Source: Paraspadella gotoi
Lineage: Eukaryota; Animalia; Chaetognatha
DNA: 64,000 nucleotides
Direction: 5' to 3'
NCBI GenBank assembly: GCA_051294375.1
Contig: CM119264.1
Span: forward strand, 28,810,696-28,874,695
In this document: one piece after another, positions 57,487 to 64,000 of the stretch
Layout of the letters: each line of letters starts with the position of its first letter
How positions within the stretch are numbered: the stretch's first letter is position 1
The notes under the pieces: generated by a model
The model's input: only the letters and a program-made list of their open reading frames with translations
The model's database searches: none
What the model was told of the DNA's origin: nothing
Translations under genes and position numbers: made by a program

Positions 57487-59297
57487 ATGGCATCCAACAC
57501 GGAGAGACCTTTTTACGGACAATTAAACCCTGGGTTCTACGCTGATGACGGGAAAAAGCGAAAGTTGGAAGAAGAGAATTCGACTTACTCGGCGGACGTG
57601 GAAGCGACAAAGCGGAAAGCCAAAGGTATATACGGACGAGCCATTCTTTAAATAAATAAAAAGATATCTTGGCCCTGACTTTGGACAGGCCCTGATGGAT
57701 TAAGGACGCCCTATCTTTTACAAGATAAAAACCTAGCAGGACTTTGCAATATTCCAATCAAGACTCTCTCTGTATAGTTTATTGACTCGAGGAACACTTG
57801 AAATGTTATTTTAGTTTAGGTTATTTCTGTGATTTCTTCAGGATCAAAGCTTAAATTACTGTGTTGCATTTCTTGCTGGACTCGATTAAACCAGATCTTT
57901 CTACTCAGGCAAAAAATGTGGTTTCTGCACTTACTTGTGGAAAACGCCAGAGATGCTGGATACCGAAGACAACGAGGAAATTATCAAGGTAATACTATTT
58001 ATTACATGTGCCGCAAACATTTAACCGTCTGTTCAGGACTTCGGACCTGACATCAGCGCCATTTACTTTTGCGGATTAGACGACCCGTGCTGCTTTCGTG
58101 TATGAATCAGCGGGGCGAGAACCCGAAGCCTATGGGCGAGGAGGAGCGCGTGCTACCTTCGGCGCCATAGGTTCTACTAATTCTAGGTCGAGTTGTGGAA
58201 TATTATATCTAAGATATTCGACCTTCGACGATCACCAATGTTTATGAAATTGGTACAACCAATATAAAAATTATCCATACATTTAATAAATAAGCTATCT
58301 TGCCCCTGACTTTTGACAGGCTTTCTTGTTTTAAGGCCTCCATGACTCTTACAAGATAATGACATAGCAGGTCTCTGCATGCTTTCAATCAAGACTCTCT
58401 CACAGTCTAGATACTGCTGAACCGTGCTATTTGAACAATTACTAATGCATCTGTTAATTTGTTTAAATTGTTTTTTGAAACGTTTGTTCATTTCCTCCGT
58501 TAGATAAACATCCGAAACCTCGTCATCTACATTGTTTACATCGTCGTGACCTGCATCATCACTTACGGACGCGTCAACGAAGACAATTACTTTTTTCCCA
58601 AAGTCGTTCAAGCTCATTTTCTGGACAATAACTGGGAGGACGGAGAAGGCAACACTTACAGGGACGCGGGAACGATAGACAACTTTTGGAGTTGGTCCGA
58701 AAACGTTCTTCTCGAAGGACTCTATTGGGAAAAATGGTGAGTTGATGCCTTTCACAGACGCTTGGTGATTGAGTTAGGATTTCATTTTCTCAGTGATTAA
58801 GCTAGAGCTTGTTAAACAGTCGCCCTTGTCTGTTCCAAGGATCAAAGAAATCTCGTAGACAAGATATAAAATATTTGGCTAAAGCCGAAAAGGGTACATA
58901 TTAACTCCTTTTAGTTCTATCAACTTGTGGCCCCGAATGATAATATCATTACTTTCCCAGGTACAACGACCAACCCACGGTCTACTACAAACACTACATC
59001 ATGTCCGGCATGAAGCTCCTCGGTCTTCCGCGCATTCGCCAGATTCGCATCAGGACGACCAACAACGAGTGCAAGGTGCCCAACGTCGTCGCGGTCGGCA
59101 GCAACTCGACCGCCTGCGTTCCATCCTTCAAACTCTCGCTGGAAGATAAAACCGGAAATGATAATTGGAAAATGAGAAAAGGAAATTCGAGTCTGACCGC
59201 TTGGGATTATGTGGAGGAAGAGGATTTAAAGATCAAGAGGACGCAGCAGTGGGCGGGTGAGGAAAAAAGATTGGCTGCTTGCTTGATTATTTGCTTG

Positions 59298-59368
<71 letters not shown>

Positions 59369-62300
59369 GTCCCTTTTATTCATTCATTCATTCATTCATT
59401 CATTCATTCATTCATTCATTAATTCATTAATTCATCTATATTCTTTCCATTCCTTTTTCAAGCCGGATCCTCGATCAGCTATCCCGACGGCGGCTTCATC
59501 CAGAACCTGGCGGGATCTAACGACGAATCGGCGGCGATCTTGAAGGAGCTGAAGGACGCCAAGTGGATCGACGAGGGGACCTCCGCCGTCGTCATCGATT
59601 TCACCGTCTTCAACCCAAACGTCAACTTGTTTTGTCAAGTGCAGATCATGGCCGAGTTTCCAGACTTTGGTGAGGGGGGAAGAAGCCAATCAATCCCCAA
59701 TTTTAAAGATATTAATCAATCAATCAATCAATCAATCAATCTCTCTGAACTCCAGATCGTCACAGATAAGATCATTTTACCTTAAACGACCTCCATTATA
59801 TTGATCAATCATTCTTCCAGTCAATCAATCAAATCATAACGAACAAACCCCCCTTCTTCTTTTCCCCACTCACGACAGGCGGGATGACTCCCTCGTGGTA
59901 TTTCTCCACCGTCTCTCTCTTTCGCTACGAGACTCCCTTCGACTTCTTCATGCTGGCCTGCGAGTTTCTCTTCATCGTGTTCACCCTGTACTACATCGTG
60001 GAAGAGATCATCGAGATCGTTATCCACCGGTTCTCCTATTTGACCAAATTCTTCAACATCGTGGATCTCGTCATCATCGGGGTCTCCATCGCGTGGGCGG
60101 CCTACTTCGGGATGACGTCGTACAAGGTCAGTTTTCGATGTTCTGGGAAACGCGGGCTGAAAATGTGAGTAATATCGGATGGTTACGTTGGTTAAGATAT
60201 TAAGCTATGGGGTTATTACATTAAACAAATTTAAGCTTTAAGTATTAAGTATTTTATTAACCGTTGCTCCATAGTATAAAATAGAAAAGCCAAAAGCTAA
60301 AAAATATCGCTTTTAGGGTATTGAGCAATTTTTTAATAGCCGTGATTAAATTGAAATGAATCTAAGCGTTACTCATGTTTGAAAGCAAGCTTGCAAGTGA
60401 AGCGATCAAGCAGAGCAAGCACGACTAGCAATCGAGCCAACTTTCGAAATCCAAATTAATTAATTAACACATTTCTTGTTTCAGATTTACGTTCGCAACG
60501 ACGTGGAACGATTGATTCAATCCGGATCGAATCACACGAACGAAGGTTCACCGATCGACTACATCAGTCTGGACGATCTCGTCACTCAACTCAACTACAT
60601 GCAGACAACCTCAGCCGTTATCCTATTCTTCGCTTGGATCAAAGTCTTCAAATTTCTCTCCTTTTCCGACACAATGAATCAATTGGGCTACACCATCTCC
60701 AGGTTTGTTTTTTAAGGAGGGGGGTGGACGGAGAAATTGGATTTTTTGATTGGCTCATGAGAGATATTTATTAATTCGTTTTACAGTTTGAGATGTTATA
60801 AAGTTTTTTTGTTTTTCCGTTTTCTCTGAGTGGTCGGTCTTCCAGACATTATTTAAATTTTAGTCCAGTCAAAAGATAGGTGAGAGCAATTGGTATCAGT
60901 TGACTATTCTATTAACTAATAGCAAAAATAAAAAACATACATTAACGCCTCAAGAGTGCTAACATTACAAGTTTGAGACATGCTTTGTTTGCTAAAATTT
61001 TTCCCTAGATTATTCTTTTCTTATTTCATTTATTCCTTTGTCCAATTTTTCAGATCTATGAAAGATATTTTCGGATTCTGCATCATGTTCTTTCTCGTTT
61101 TCTTCGCCTTTGGTCAATTTGCTTTCCTGTTGTTTGGAACTAAATTAGAAGGTAAAAAAAATATCATTTAAAAGAAAAAATTAATTGAATTGTTTTTTAA
61201 AAAAATTTTGAACTCCCCACCTTTAATCATCCTCTCTTCCCGACAGACTTTAGCACCTTCGGCGATTGCGTCTTCACCCAACTCCGCATCATTCTGGGCG
61301 ACTTTGACTATCCCGCGCTGCAGCAGGCCTCCAAAGTCTTCGGCCCAGTCTACTTCTTCCTCTATATCTTCTTCGTCTTCTTCGTCCTCATCAACATGTT
61401 CCTCGCCATCATCGCCGATACTTACTCTATGGTCAAGGAGGAGATGGAGGCCAAGACGGAACAATCTTGGAGCACGAAGAAGGTTGAGTTTTGTGGTGAT
61501 AATCGAGTGGGTTACATTTATAGTTATACTTTTAATTTACTACATTTACACATTTAATTTTACTTTTAATTTAATATTGGTCAGACGGTTGGTTGGTCTG
61601 TTGAACCTACTTTTAAACACATTTCATCATTTCCTTCATCATTTGATGAAGTTCTCCCAGAGTTGCATCTCGGTTTGGTCCAGTCGTTGGTTGATCCTGT
61701 GATCGCTGTTGTCGATCCTCTGGTTGACTTTCTGGTAGTTTTGCTGTTGCTTGACATTGTTGTCGTTTACCAGTTTTAAGATTTGGCCAACGCATTCTGC
61801 CTGTTTGGTCTTTTCTAGGCATTGTTGTCGCAGGGCTCCTTCTCTTTACTCTATGTTTAACTTCCGGGCGCTGTCGGATCTGTTTGAGCCGTTGGAGCCT
61901 TCTTTCTTCTGATGGCGAAGTCCATCTTGATGTGTGGCGTGGTTGAGGTTTTCGGAGTAGGGATAGGATTATTTTAGAAGAGCAGAGCTATACATTAGAA
62001 TTGCTGTTCCTTTTTTTTTTATAGCACGACTACCCCTTAACTTTCGCTTCTCTTTGAATCCCCTTCTTCAGACGCACGAACTTTTCGAGAACGCCAAAGC
62101 CAAAGTGAACGGACTTCGTCACCGCAAAAAGAAAATCGTCGGAATTCTCGAGTTCATTCAAGAAAATGGCGGAATCGCGCGGTGTGGCATCGAAGAGTGG
62201 CGACCGAAACTGAGGGTAAGTCTTTAGGGGTGGCATTGACGAGTGCCGACCAAAACTGAGGGTAAGTGTTAAGGGGTGGCATCGAAGAAGGGCGACCAAA

Positions 62301-63250
62301 ACTGAGGGTAAGTCTTAAGGGGTGCCATCAAAGAAGGGCGACCAAAACTGAGGTTAAGTCTTAAGGGGTGGCATAGAAGAAGGGCGACCAAAACTGAGGG
62401 TAAGTCTTAAGGGGTGGCATCGAAGAAAGGCGACCAATACTGAGGGTAAGTCTTCTCAGAAATTTGTACAACCAAGGTATAATATTCTATTCATTTGTAT
62501 AAAACGAAAACGCCCGGTTTGATAATTATCAGTCAAATGACTGAAGTTTTGTGTTACTATTTTCAGTTTTTGGGTTTAAGAAAATAACATTTGGTTGTTT
62601 TTTTACTCTAGGAAAAAGGTTACACGGAGACGGAAATTCAAGCTTTTTTTTCAAAATTCGACGCAAACAACGACAACAAAATTGGCGACGACGAATTGAG
62701 CGCCGGAGTTCGTAGATTGGAGATAGAAGAGAGGGCGCTGGGTAAGCATAAGCAAGCGCTAAGTAAGCATGGTCATAACTCATAAGTTCGTTTGGATATA
62801 CCTAGTAGACGATTCGTAGGCAAGGGCAAGGAAAGCAAAAACTTGGCGGCTCAACAAGCAGGGAGCTAAAAGTGTCTTGATAGAATTAGAAAGAGAAAGA
62901 ATTAGAAAAGAGAAAAAAGAAAGAACTCGAAAGAAAGAAAGAAAGAGAAAAAAAAGTGATTGACTGTTAACATATATTTTAATATAACTCATCTAATAAC
63001 CATAAATTTTTTTTTTCTAGACCAACAGCAAGAAACTCTCGCCAAAGAGGCCGTCATGGTTCCAGCGGGGAATCTAACGACGAAAGCGCAAATGGGCGCG
63101 GCGATGGAAAGGATCGGGACGATCGAAGCGCAGGTGACGAACCTGGCGGACAAAATCGAAATCATTTTGAAGGAACTGAGGACGGAAGCGGAAAAGAGGC
63201 AGAGGTTGGAATCTCAACTCGAGGTCGAAGCAACGATCTTGGCGCCGTGA
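57487..63250 (+). CDS. PKD2: Polycystin-2 / TRPP cation channel (PKD2 or PKD2L-like), multi-exon
   Basis: Exons from ATG 57487. Motifs: YLWKT...[20 protein letters not shown] (S1), [12 protein letters not shown]...[45 protein letters not shown], pore [13 protein letters not shown]6 [17 protein letters not shown]-hand [13 protein letters not shown] and a C-terminal coiled coil. Stop TGA ends at 63250. Orthology among TRPP paralogues is not resolved. Confidence 0.9.
58243..58409 (+). mobile_element. Truncated copy of the hairpin-ended dispersed repeat
   Basis: Near-identical to 56743-56909. Confidence 0.85.
62183..62454 (+). repeat. 46-bp tandem repeat, 6 copies, built from the PKD2 exon end plus splice donor
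   Basis: Unit GGGGTGGCATCGAAGAAGGGCGACCAAAACTGAGG|GTAAGTCTTAA; the first copy is the coding exon end ([10 protein letters not shown]). Confidence 0.92.
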
Positions 63251-64000
63251 CCTTTTTGACCTTGGCTCTTCTTTTTTATTATAAATTTCTGTTTAGATGT
63301 TTATTAGATTAGTTATTAGTTATTATTATCGCAAATATATTTTGAACGGGACGACTGGTTTCCGCTTGATACACGGATTTCAAATGGGAGTGAAATGAAA
63401 ACAATTGGGAAAATGTTGCAAAAGTTAAGCTGACTGACTGTGATTAATATTTCTTCATTTCATTAGTTAAAAAATTCCCTGACGTTAATGTTCCTATCAT
63501 CGACGACAACAACAAAAACAACAACAACGATGAACAGCAAACGTTTATGCTTTATGTTTTTTTACATCATAGCAACTGGTGCGCTTGCCTTCCAGGAGCT
63601 TTTTTTGCAACATTTTTCCCCTCTTATTTGATAGTTCAATTTTAAACTTATTGTAAAAAAAATAAGATGAATATTTTAATTTTTTTTACATTCATTAGTT
63701 AGTATAATGCCTTGGGAGTATGCAAAAAAAATTGTTATTAATATATTTCAAAGTTTAGTTAGACAACAGGCTCTTGCCAGATCATTGTTTTTTTTTGGTT
63801 TTTTTAACGATGAAATTTTAATTTTCTATAAGTTTTAACTAGAAAAACTACTAAAATGAAAAAGGCTGTCATTGTGGTTGTGAAAAAGCTTTTGACATTT
63901 CGATTGCTATATCTGTAAGATGAACCAAAATTTTCAAACATTTTTTTCATAAAAATATATTTTCTAACAGGAAGGTCCAAAAAATTCGGCCTTGCCATTG

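Overview
Eukaryotic (metazoan, probably a bilaterian invertebrate) genomic DNA with GC-rich exons, short AT-rich introns and many microsatellites. Most ORF-track entries are spurious repeat translations, so genes were rebuilt by hand from splice sites. In order: (1) N-terminal part of a DNAH14/DNAH6-like axonemal dynein heavy chain gene (- strand, runs off the left edge) with an intronic antisense tRNA-Cys(GCA); (2) an SLC16/MCT-type MFS transporter with an intronless CDS (+); (3) a ~768-aa low-complexity single-pass membrane protein (-); (4) a five-exon, 174-aa secreted prohormone carrying three PTH-family-like peptides, one per exon (-), only partly visible in the ORF track and the most interesting item; (5) a tandem-CH-domain plus ankyrin-repeat gene (+), with a nested SINE > hAT MITE > two hammerhead-bearing Penelope-like insertions in one intron; (6) UBE4B/Ufd2 (+); (7) a PKD2/TRPP channel (+). 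Tandem duplications anchored on splice sites recur across the window. Family assignments rest on recalled motifs, not database searches.
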